The notes beneath the pieces were generated by a model. That model was given only the letters and a program-made list of their open reading frames with translations, was not told where the DNA came from and ran no database searches. DNA of 64,000 nt, from NCBI GenBank assembly GCA_964638955.1, contig CAZWZQ010000002.1, forward strand, positions 2,883 to 66,882, given 5' to 3'. The stretch's first letter is position 1; each line of letters opens with the position of its first letter. The position numbers and the translations under genes are program-made. This stretch comes from an uncultured Rikenellaceae bacterium (GTDB taxonomy: Bacteria; Bacteroidota; Bacteroidia; Bacteroidales; VadinHA17). Of the stretch, positions 1 to 8,113 are shown one piece after another.

Positions 1-1005
1 CCTGTCGAGACAAACAATCTTACATCCTGTTCTGAATCCCGGATCTATTGCCAGGACATTCTTTTCACCAAGCGGCGAAGCAAGCATAAGCTGCCGAAGG
101 TTATCAGTAAAAACTCTTATTGCCTCTTCATCTGCTTTTTCTTTTGATATATTTCTGAATTCGGTCTCCATCGATGAAGAGAGCAGTCTTTTCCAGCTGT
201 CTTCGACAGCCTTTCCGACAAGTTTTGATGATTCATTCTTCCCTTTAATAAACAGTGATTCAAGTATTTCAAAGGCATACTCTTCGTCTGGCTCAATTGA
301 AAGTCTTAAAAATCCCTCATCCGCACCCCGTCTCATTGCAAGAAGACGGTGTGACGGACATCTCCTGAGAGGCTCGGACCAGTCAAAATAATCGCTGAAT
401 TTATTGCCCTCTGTCTCCTTCCCTTTGATTACCTTCGAATAAATGACAGCCTCTTTTTCATAGAGTACTCTCAATTTCTTCCTTGCTGATTCATCTTCGC
501 TTATCCATTCCGCTATAATATCGCAGGCACCTGATACAGCATCTTCCGGTGTGAGAACATCATTGTTAAGGTACTCTTCGGCTTTGTGCAGCGGATCAGT
601 CTCCTGCTGCTTCAAGATTATTTCGGCCAACGGCTCAAGCCCTTTTTCCCTTGCCATTGTTGCCCTTGTCCGGCGTTTTGGTCTGTATGGCAGATAAATA
701 TCTTCAAGCTCAGCCATAGTCTCAGCTGCTTCAATCTTATGCATGAGTTCAGGAGTCATCTTCTCCTGCTCTTCAATAGATTTGATGATACTTTCCCTCC
801 GTGCATCAAGTTCCTTCAATCGGTTATAATCATTCTTTATATGGAGCAGCTGTACCTCATCAAGGCTTCCTGTCATCTCTTTTCTGTACCGGCTTATAAA
901 TGGTATTGTGGCTCCGTCATCCAAGAGCCTGATAGTATTTTCGACCTGCCAATCGTGGAGACCAAGTTTTTTAGCTATCAGCTCTATGTTTTTATTTGTG
1001 CTCAT
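1..1005 (-). CDS. tex: Tex-like transcription accessory protein (S1 RNA-binding domain family). N-terminal 335 codons only; the C-terminus lies beyond the left edge of the window.
   Basis: Not in the ORF track. Hand translation of the minus strand from the ATG at 1005-1003 gives MSTNKNIELIAKKLGLHDWQVENTIRLLDDGATIPFISRYRKEMTGSLDEVQ...LAIDPGFRTGCKIVCLD. It is open to position 1 with no stop (checked triplet by triplet for 1-300). This matches the remembered Tex/YhgF N-terminal and YqgF-like regions. Confidence 0.85.
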   Translation of the reverse strand, partial: MSTNKNIELIAKKLGLHDWQVENTIRLLDDGATIPFISRYRKEMTGSLDEVQLLHIKNDYNRLKELDARRESIIKSIEEQEKMTPELMHKIEAAETMAELEDIYLPYRPKRRTRATMAREKGLEPLAEIILKQQETDPLHKAEEYLNNDVLTPEDAVSGACDIIAEWISEDESARKKLRVLYEKEAVIYSKVIKGKETEGNKFSDYFDWSEPLRRCPSHRLLAMRRGADEGFLRLSIEPDEEYAFEILESLFIKGKNESSKLVGKAVEDSWKRLLSSSMETEFRNISKEKADEEAIRVFTDNLRQLMLASPLGEKNVLAIDPGFRTGCKIVCLDR

Positions 1006-1012
1006 TATTCAA

Positions 1013-1052
1013 TGGTATAGTGGTATAATGGTAATATGGTGTGACGGTAACT
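1013..1052. repeat. Tandem 8-bp repeat, 5 copies in exact register (TGGTATAG TGGTATAA TGGTAATA TGGTGTGA CGGTAACT)
   Basis: Read directly from the sequence. It ends 8 nt from the tex start codon. On the tex-sense strand it places ACCA every 8 nt in the leader. Confidence 0.8.
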
Positions 1053-1075
1053 TCATAGTCTTATTCTCATATCTT

Positions 1076-1129
1076 ACTTCAACTCTTCAACTTCTTCAAC
1101 TTTTTCAACCCACTTCAACCTTCTTCGAC
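1076..1129. repeat. Phased hexamer array: TTCAAC x5 plus TTCGAC x1 at 8-10 bp spacing
   Basis: TTCAAC begins at 1078, 1086, 1095, 1104 and 1114; TTCGAC begins at 1124. The array lies between the rlmI stop and the tex start. Confidence 0.8.
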
Positions 1130-1135
1130 CTTCTT

Positions 1136-2317
1136 CTACTCTATATAAAGTACCAATCCTTTTAAATACTCACTTTCCGGATGATAAATATTCACCGGAT
1201 GATCAGGAGGCTGGCTCATCTGGTGTAGTATCTTCACCTTTCTTCCGGTATTGGCAGCTGCGGCAAAGACCGATTTTTTGAAATTCTCTCTGGTTACCAC
1301 CTGTGAACACGAGAATGTAAATATTATCCCTCCCGGTTTTATTTGTTCTATAGCTCTCATATTAAGCCGTTTATACCCTTGAAGCGCATTTGCCAGGATA
1401 TTATCGTGTTTTGCAAAAGCAGGAGGATCGAGTATAATGAGGTCATATTTATTGTTAATATCCTTTAAGAATTCAAATGCATCGGCATTAAATGATTTAT
1501 GTCTGGAGTCATCTCCATAGTTCAGCCTGACATTCTCATTTGCCAGTCCGATAGCAGCGGAAGAACTGTCTACTGTATGAACCAGTACCGCATTTTTCAT
1601 TGCATATACTGAAAAAGCACCGGTATATCCGAACATATTCAAAACACTTTTGCCTTCAGTATATTCTCCAAGCAGTTTTCTGTTCTCTCTCTGATCGATA
1701 AAGAAACCTGTTTTTTGTCCTGACATCCAGTCAACCCTGAACTGAAAACCATTTTCCATTACTGTTACAGGACCGGAATTACCATAAAGAAATTCATTGG
1801 CAGCGGAGATCCCTGACATATATGGTATTGTTCCCTCACTCTTGTCATATACTGCTATTAGCTTATCTCCCAGCAATTCCTTAAGAATTCCGGCAAATTC
1901 CTTTCTCATCCTGTACATCCCCACAGAATGCATTTGCATCACTGCAACACCATTATAATAATCAATGATCAGTCCGGGCAGATTGTCTCCTTCAGCATGA
2001 ACGAGCCGGAAAACGTTAGTTTGCGGATTTGCAGTGAGGCCAAGCGATTCCCTGTATTTCAGGGCGCTCTTTATTCTTACCCAGTAAAAATCAATATCAG
2101 GCTCAACTTCACTGAAAGAGAGTATTCTTACGGCAATTGATCCCGGCTGATAATGTCCTGTCGCAATGAAATTATCCTTATTATCATATACATCCACGAT
2201 ATCTCCCTCGACAGGATTGCCATATATCTTTTTGATGGCTCCTGAAAATATCCATGGGTGATATCTTTGCACTGACTGCTCCTTGCCGGATTTGAGGATA
2301 ATCTTTGTTTTGTGCAT
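1136..2317 (-). CDS. rlmI: Class I SAM-dependent 23S rRNA m5C methyltransferase (RlmI/RlmK-like, PUA-like N-terminus)
   Basis: 393-aa ORF. N-terminus reads KSGKEQSVQRYHPWIFSGAI. It carries the methyltransferase motif LILDPPAFAKH. Conserved neighbourhood with the 3'-5' exonuclease and DUF5063 genes. Confidence 0.85.
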   Translation of the reverse strand: MHKTKIILKSGKEQSVQRYHPWIFSGAIKKIYGNPVEGDIVDVYDNKDNFIATGHYQPGSIAVRILSFSEVEPDIDFYWVRIKSALKYRESLGLTANPQTNVFRLVHAEGDNLPGLIIDYYNGVAVMQMHSVGMYRMRKEFAGILKELLGDKLIAVYDKSEGTIPYMSGISAANEFLYGNSGPVTVMENGFQFRVDWMSGQKTGFFIDQRENRKLLGEYTEGKSVLNMFGYTGAFSVYAMKNAVLVHTVDSSSAAIGLANENVRLNYGDDSRHKSFNADAFEFLKDINNKYDLIILDPPAFAKHDNILANALQGYKRLNMRAIEQIKPGGIIFTFSCSQVVTRENFKKSVFAAAANTGRKVKILHQMSQPPDHPVNIYHPESEYLKGLVLYIE

Positions 2318-2342
2318 AATTTATGGCTGTTGTGGGGGCGTT

Positions 2343-2945
2343 CTATAGAACGCCCGTACCATCATTATCAATTAATTGCTTATATATCTCATGACATACC
2401 CAGGCATCTGTTGCTGCATATATCTGCTGAGCCTCTGAAAGCTTTTCTGCTTCCCAGTCGGTCACCTGCTGACGTTTTGATATCCTGAATCCCAGGACAA
2501 TGGCTGCCAGCTTTCTTAGTCCCGAGCTGTTTATACCATGATCTTTTACTATTTTTTGCAGGTCAATAAAGCCCTCCGGATTAAATTTCCTTACGTGCTT
2601 CAGAAACCGGATATCGTCATGTACTGCCACTCCTGCTTTTATTACCTCCGGATCGGCCAGAATATCTACAATTTCCTCCGGTATTCCAATTCTGTTTATC
2701 CTGAAAAGGCAGGCCAGATCTGAGTTGGCAAGCTGTATAAGCGAGACCTTGTTTTTTCTGCCTTTTCTGAAAGACGGTCGGGTTTCAGTATCAAAGCCAA
2801 GTATCTTTTTCTCCTTAAGCCTGGGCATTACTTTCCTGTAGATTTCGAGATTGTCGACAACTACTATTTCGCCTTTAAACCACGACAGGTCATAATTTGC
2901 AAGTTCCTCCGCTGATAAATTCTCAAGGTATTTATTCTTCATCAT
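2343..2945 (-). CDS. 3'-5' exonuclease domain protein (DEDD, RNase D-like)
   Basis: 200 aa. Exo I motif is ILGFDTETRP and Exo III motif is YAATDAWVCHEIY. Confidence 0.85.
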   Translation of the reverse strand: MMKNKYLENLSAEELANYDLSWFKGEIVVVDNLEIYRKVMPRLKEKKILGFDTETRPSFRKGRKNKVSLIQLANSDLACLFRINRIGIPEEIVDILADPEVIKAGVAVHDDIRFLKHVRKFNPEGFIDLQKIVKDHGINSSGLRKLAAIVLGFRISKRQQVTDWEAEKLSEAQQIYAATDAWVCHEIYKQLIDNDGTGVL

Positions 2946-3549
2946 CCCCCCTGAACTCCTTCTGCCTTTTTGATATAAACCATTCTGAAGTATCTATGTT
3001 TTCACCGGTTATACTGTTATTATCTTCAATACTTTCAATCTCTTTTCCCGAATAGATGAATTTATGGATTGCTTTCATGGCATTTACCAGTTTCTGCCCC
3101 CATATATTCTCAAAATTCAACCTGCACTCCCAAATTGCATCGTTCATAACCTCCTGTGTACCTGTTTGATACAGAAGCAGAAAATCCTTCATGTCCTGAT
3201 AGATATCTGCCATATTTTCTGCAAGGCTTGATGGAACCGGTGTTTCCGATTCAATGAATTTCTCATCAAATAGCTCCAGATAGTCGTTGGCTGTTCCAAA
3301 TTTTTCCTTAAGAATATCATGTATCCTGAACCAGTCAGCTTCAGTAACAAACTTCTCATTCTCATCCTTGAAAAATGGTTCCAGGTCTGGCAGCAATGAT
3401 GCCTTAAGGTACATCAGGGGCAGCAGTCGCTGTAGAATTTTAAGTATCTCATCACCTTTCAGTTCTCCTGCATGTTCAGCATATTTGCAGTATTCATTGG
3501 CCACTGCCACGAATTCAACCACGGTACGCGAATAGACCGGATCAGACAT
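2932..3549 (-). CDS. DUF5063 domain protein
   Basis: The ORF is open from 3573. I prefer the internal ATG at 3549 (MSDPVYSRTVVEFVAVANEYCKY). Remembered family members start near the PVYS motif, and an exact -7 box sits at 3579-3586, only 6 nt from the longer start. The gene overlaps the exonuclease gene by 14 nt. Confidence 0.7.
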   Translation of the reverse strand: MSDPVYSRTVVEFVAVANEYCKYAEHAGELKGDEILKILQRLLPLMYLKASLLPDLEPFFKDENEKFVTEADWFRIHDILKEKFGTANDYLELFDEKFIESETPVPSSLAENMADIYQDMKDFLLLYQTGTQEVMNDAIWECRLNFENIWGQKLVNAMKAIHKFIYSGKEIESIEDNNSITGENIDTSEWFISKRQKEFRGDDEE

Positions 3550-3578
3550 CTTATTTACAGGTTTCCCAAGCATGAGTG

Positions 3579-3586
3579 CAAAAATA
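3579..3586 (-). promoter_or_regulatory. Candidate Bacteroidota -7 promoter box (TATTTTTG on the minus strand)
   Basis: Exact match to the TAnnTTTG consensus described for Bacteroides primary-sigma promoters, upstream of the DUF5063-exonuclease-rlmI gene string. Confidence 0.35.
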
Positions 3587-3840
3587 GATAATTTTTCACG
3601 TAAAGAACTAAATGAAAATTTATTATTTTGTCGCGCGTCGCCATCATCGGCCTCGAGTCGACTTCGGAGATCGAAGGCTGAACGGAACGCGAAAGAGTAT
3701 TAAAAAGGATTCTTATATCGAATACTCGTTAATTTCATCCTTGCATTCGAAATAATATTGATTACTTTAGTGAGTTAAAACATAAAATCATGAACCGTGT
3801 ATAAATTTCCTTTTAATTAATAAATAACAAATTAACTATT

Positions 3841-5151
3841 ATGCCAACACGACGCACTTTTCTTAAAAATACTGCATTGGCAACAGCAGGATTGAGTTTT
3901 GCCCCCGCTTTTTCGGGAGCTGTAACGAGTTGTGCTCCCAGTGACAGGATCAATGTAGGTCTCATTGGATGTAACGGGCAGGGATACAGTAATCTGAATT
4001 CTTTCCTTAATAATTCTGAGGTTGAATGTATTGCTTTATGCGATATTGATGAATCGGTGCTCAATATGCGGGCTGCTGATGTTGAGAAAAAAAGAGGGAA
4101 AAAGCCGGCGAACCTTTACAAGGACTGGCGCGATCTTATAGATAATCAAGATATTAACGTTGTAATCGTGGGCACGCCTGATCATTGGCATTGTCTTCAG
4201 ACGGTAGCTGCCTGCCAGGCCGGCAAGGATGTATATTGTGAAAAACCTCTTGGCCATACTATCGATGAATGCAATCTTATGGTTGAGGCTGCTCAGAAAT
4301 ACAAAAGGATCGTTCAGGTAGGTCAGTGGCAGAGGAGTGATCCTCACTGGCTTGAAGCAGTGAATTTTGTACAGTCGGAAAAACTGGGTAAAATCAGGCT
4401 TGTCAGGGTGTTTTCATACCAGGGATGGTGTCCTTCGATTCCTGTTGTTGCTGACGAGCCGGTACCACAGGGTGTGGACTATGACATGTGGCTCGGACCT
4501 GCACCTAAAAGACCTTTTAACAGGAACAGGTTTCATTTTACTTTCCGCTGGTTCTGGGACTACGCGGGTGGACTGATGACAGACTGGGGTGTTCATCTTC
4601 TTGATTATGCTTTGTTCGGTATGAATGTTACCACCCCGAAATCGGTCATGGCAATGGGTGGTAAACTCGGGTACCCTGATGATGCCTGTGAAACACCTGA
4701 TTCTTTACAGACCCTCTATGAATTTGACAGTTTCAATATCCTATGGGATCATGCTATCGGGATCAATGACGGCGCGTATGGACGTAATCATGGTTTAGGC
4801 TTCGTGGGTGAAAACGGGACTCTTGTTGTCGACCGTCAGGGATGGGAAGTAATTCCTGAAGTAGTTTACCGTACCACCCGGATGGAAGCCATACCTCTGA
4901 AAAAAGGAAGCAACAAAGGACTGGATAACCATGTTAAAAATCATCTCGATTGTATTAAAAACCGCAAAAACAAGCTGAACGCGGGTATTGAGACCGGAGC
5001 CCACATTGCCAAGTTTTCATGCCTGGGAAATATCGCGTTCCGGACCGGTAAGAAGCTGATTTGGAACGGTACAAGGTTTACCAATGAAGAGGAAGCTAAC
5101 AAATACCTGGGTTACGAATACCGGGAACCATGGAAATTACCTGTTATCTAA
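3841..5151 (+). CDS. Gfo/Idh/MocA family NAD-binding oxidoreductase with a twin-arginine signal (possible GH109-like enzyme or glycoside 3-dehydrogenase)
   Basis: 436 aa. The TAT motif is MPTRRTFLKNTALATAGLSFAPA and the Rossmann motif is INVGLIGCNGQG. It sits next to GH genes. Confidence 0.85.
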   Translation: MPTRRTFLKNTALATAGLSFAPAFSGAVTSCAPSDRINVGLIGCNGQGYSNLNSFLNNSEVECIALCDIDESVLNMRAADVEKKRGKKPANLYKDWRDLIDNQDINVVIVGTPDHWHCLQTVAACQAGKDVYCEKPLGHTIDECNLMVEAAQKYKRIVQVGQWQRSDPHWLEAVNFVQSEKLGKIRLVRVFSYQGWCPSIPVVADEPVPQGVDYDMWLGPAPKRPFNRNRFHFTFRWFWDYAGGLMTDWGVHLLDYALFGMNVTTPKSVMAMGGKLGYPDDACETPDSLQTLYEFDSFNILWDHAIGINDGAYGRNHGLGFVGENGTLVVDRQGWEVIPEVVYRTTRMEAIPLKKGSNKGLDNHVKNHLDCIKNRKNKLNAGIETGAHIAKFSCLGNIAFRTGKKLIWNGTRFTNEEEANKYLGYEYREPWKLPVI

Positions 5152-5314
5152 TCAATTAAATTAACTTAAATCATTAGAGCGCTATATTGCTTTTTATATA
5201 AGAATACCCTGAGTAACCAATAGAAGAAGTCCATGAAAACCGTGAATGATATAATCACATTGTATTTCAATCATTCAGGCTTTTCTTGTTCATGTAAAAT
5301 TAAATCTTAATATC

Positions 5315-7966
5315 ATGAAAAAATTATTGCTTATCATTCTAACGGCCATCGTGTATCCCGGCTTAACCGCGATACAGGCCCAGCAACCTGAATCTCCGTT
5401 ACCTTTCAGAAACCCTGCTCTCTCAACGGAAGAAAGAGTATCTGATCTTGTTTCCAGGATGACCCTGAAGGAGAAAGTCGATCAGCTTGTCTATACTGCA
5501 CCTGCTATTCCCAGGCTAGGGATCCCATCATATAACTGGTGGAACGAAGCTCTTCATGGTGTTGCCAGAGCAGGTTATGCCACTGTTTTTCCTCAATCCA
5601 TTACTATAGCTAATTCATGGGACGAAGGACTGATGTATAACGTGGCTAATGCTATATCCGACGAAGCCAGGGCAAAATATCACGAGTTTCAGCGAAGAGG
5701 TAAAACCGGCATTTACCAGGGACTTACTTTCTGGTCGCCGAATATTAATATCAATCGCGATCCAAGATGGGGAAGAGGACATGAAACCTATGGAGAGGAT
5801 CCTTTTCTCACCGGACGAATGGGATTACAATTCGTGAAAGGATTGCAGGGCGATGATCCGAAATATCTTAAAGTAGTCGCTACTGCCAAACATTATGCGG
5901 TGCACTCGGGACCTGAACCATTAAGACACCAGTTTAATGCAAACGTCAGCGAGGTTGATCTTCATGAGACTTATCTCCCGGCTTTCAGGACCCTGGTATT
6001 GGAGGCGGGAGTCTATTCTATAATGGGTGCTTATAATATGTTCCGTGATCACCCCTGTTGTGCAAATCCCGTTTTATACAGTATTCTCCGGAACGATTGG
6101 GGTTTTAAAGGATATATAGTATCAGACTGCTGGGCTATATCCGATTTTTATAAATATACCCACTATGCCAAAGATGCCGCCGAAGCCGCTGCACAGGCAG
6201 TATTAGCGGGAACCGACCTCGAGTGCGGTTATGATTATAACAACCTCATGACTGCGATCGAAAGAGGTCTGCTTACCGAAGCAGACATTAATGTTGCCGT
6301 GAGCAGAATATTTACAGCCAGATTCAAACTCGGAATGTTCGACCCTGACGACATGGTGCCTTATGCCCAGATACCATTTTTTGTTAACGGATCAGATTAT
6401 AATAACTCTCTTTCGAGAGATGCTGCAAGAGAATCTATAGTACTGCTCAAAAATTCAAATGATGTTTTACCGTTAAAGAAAGAGATCAATACGATTGCTG
6501 TTATTGGCCCTAATGCTGATAATTTCGAATCACTGGTAGGTAACTATAACGGGATTCCTAAAGATCCCGTGACAGTTCTCAAAGGTATCAGTAATAAGGT
6601 ATCTCCCGAAACGAAAGTCATTTACGCTGAAGGAAGCGATCTTGCCGAAGGCATTCACAATCTGACAGTTATTCCCTCCAGGTATCTTCAGACACCTGAT
6701 GGAAAACAGGGTGCCATGGGTGAATACTACAATAACAGGGAAATGAAAGGAAAACCGGTATTTACAAGGGTTGACGATCAGATTAATTTTTATTGGGAAC
6801 ACCTGTCTCCTCGTCAGGATATGCCTGATGACAACTTCGGGATTAAATGGACCACTTACCTTCTTCCTCCTGAATCCGGAGACTACTACCTGGGAAGCTG
6901 GGGCTCATCAGGTTATGAGATCCTATTTGACGGTAAAAAAGTAATTTCCGAAAGAAATGAACACCATGCTTTTCATAAGGAACATGCTGTAACTCTTGAA
7001 GCAGGTAAGAAATACAAGATTGAGGTTCTCTATAAAAATTACTCGGGCGATGCCGATATGAAACTTCTTTGGGCCAGACCGCGACCAAAAATGCTCGACC
7101 AGGCTGTCGCTGCAGCAAAAAATGCCGACGCTACTATTCTGGTTCTCGGATTATCGCAACGTCTTGAAGGTGAGGAAATGAGTATAAAAATCGATGGTTT
7201 CCTGGGTGGCGATCGTACAAATCTTAATCTTCCTGCAGTTCAGGAACGACTTTTTGAAGCTGTTATGGCAACAGGTAAACCTGTTATCGTTGTTTTGATG
7301 AGTGGAGGAGCTCTTTCTGTTAATCAGGTCCAGAATAAAGCTTCGGCAATAATCCTTGCCGGATATCCCGGTCAGCAGGGTGGCAATGCTGTTGCCGATG
7401 TACTGTTTGGCGATTATAATCCCGCGGGGAGATTGCCGGTGACATATTATAAGTCAGTGGATCAACTGCCTGCTTTCGAAAATTATGATATGGCAGGAAG
7501 AACATACAGATACTTTAATCAGGAACCACTTTATCCTTTTGGTTACGGCTTAAGCTATACAACATTCTCTTACAGCAACCTGTCGATACCCGTGAGTGTA
7601 GTAGCCGGAGATAAAGTGTCGGTTAAAGTTACCGTTACCAACACCGGTAAAATGGAGGGCGATGAGGTTGTTCAATTGTATCTCACTGATGAGAAAGCTT
7701 CAACACCCAGGCCAATTCGCCAGCTTGAAGGATTTCAGAGAATCAACCTGAAACCAGGGGAAAGCAAAGAGGTTGTATTTAATCTTGATCCGCGTCAGTT
7801 CTCGAATATAAATAATAAAGACAAGAGGGTAATTGAGCCGGGATATTTTACACTTTCAGTAGGGGGAAAACAACCGGGGTTCAAAGGTTATCTCGATCCT
7901 CAGTTCACGCAGGTTCTGACCGGGAGAATAAAAATTACAGGCAAGAAGGTTACTTTGCCGAACTAA
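5315..7966 (+). CDS. Glycoside hydrolase family 3 (beta-glucosidase/beta-xylosidase type) with an inserted PA14 domain
   Basis: 883 aa with a signal peptide. GH3 nucleophile region reads KGYIVSDCWAISD. A PA14-like segment reads INFYWEH...FGIKWTTYLLPPESGDYYLGSWGSSGYEILFDGKKV. The C-terminal region is fibronectin-like. Confidence 0.9.
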   Translation: MKKLLLIILTAIVYPGLTAIQAQQPESPLPFRNPALSTEERVSDLVSRMTLKEKVDQLVYTAPAIPRLGIPSYNWWNEALHGVARAGYATVFPQSITIANSWDEGLMYNVANAISDEARAKYHEFQRRGKTGIYQGLTFWSPNININRDPRWGRGHETYGEDPFLTGRMGLQFVKGLQGDDPKYLKVVATAKHYAVHSGPEPLRHQFNANVSEVDLHETYLPAFRTLVLEAGVYSIMGAYNMFRDHPCCANPVLYSILRNDWGFKGYIVSDCWAISDFYKYTHYAKDAAEAAAQAVLAGTDLECGYDYNNLMTAIERGLLTEADINVAVSRIFTARFKLGMFDPDDMVPYAQIPFFVNGSDYNNSLSRDAARESIVLLKNSNDVLPLKKEINTIAVIGPNADNFESLVGNYNGIPKDPVTVLKGISNKVSPETKVIYAEGSDLAEGIHNLTVIPSRYLQTPDGKQGAMGEYYNNREMKGKPVFTRVDDQINFYWEHLSPRQDMPDDNFGIKWTTYLLPPESGDYYLGSWGSSGYEILFDGKKVISERNEHHAFHKEHAVTLEAGKKYKIEVLYKNYSGDADMKLLWARPRPKMLDQAVAAAKNADATILVLGLSQRLEGEEMSIKIDGFLGGDRTNLNLPAVQERLFEAVMATGKPVIVVLMSGGALSVNQVQNKASAIILAGYPGQQGGNAVADVLFGDYNPAGRLPVTYYKSVDQLPAFENYDMAGRTYRYFNQEPLYPFGYGLSYTTFSYSNLSIPVSVVAGDKVSVKVTVTNTGKMEGDEVVQLYLTDEKASTPRPIRQLEGFQRINLKPGESKEVVFNLDPRQFSNINNKDKRVIEPGYFTLSVGGKQPGFKGYLDPQFTQVLTGRIKITGKKVTLPN

Positions 7967-7997
7967 ACAGGCAAATGATAACATGAATCATAAAGAA

Positions 7998-8015
7998 CGC
8001 GGATACATATCCGCG
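7998..8015 (+). terminator. Putative intrinsic terminator hairpin after the GH3 gene
   Basis: CGCGGAT-ACAT-ATCCGCG forms a 7-bp GC-rich stem. A T-run (TTATTTTTT) lies about 10 nt downstream, so the geometry is not ideal. Confidence 0.4.
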
Positions 8016-8113
8016 CCCTTCCGGTTATTTTTTACATGCATACGTGAAGAAATAAATGATCATATTCTGTAGGTCTTTCATAATTTTATTCCTTAACCAA
8101 TAGACCAAAACTT

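Noticed and set aside
586-1165. Track ORFs 586..1020 (+) and 908..1165 (+)
   Set aside because: Both run antisense to a clearly recognisable Tex N-terminus (1-1005, minus strand) or across the repeat-filled spacer. Their translations are low-complexity with no recognisable motifs.
3650-3662. Adjacent XhoI (CTCGAG) and SalI (GTCGAC) sites that look polylinker-like
   Set aside because: Eleven bases are far too short to indicate vector contamination, and the flanks show no vector-like sequence. The sites are most likely chance palindromes within a GC-rich stem region.
3612-3755. 47-aa highly basic ORF spanning the GC-rich intergenic island
   Set aside because: The Arg/His richness follows directly from the local GC-rich composition. 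There is no supporting motif, so the region is treated as a candidate RNA or structure, not as a CDS.
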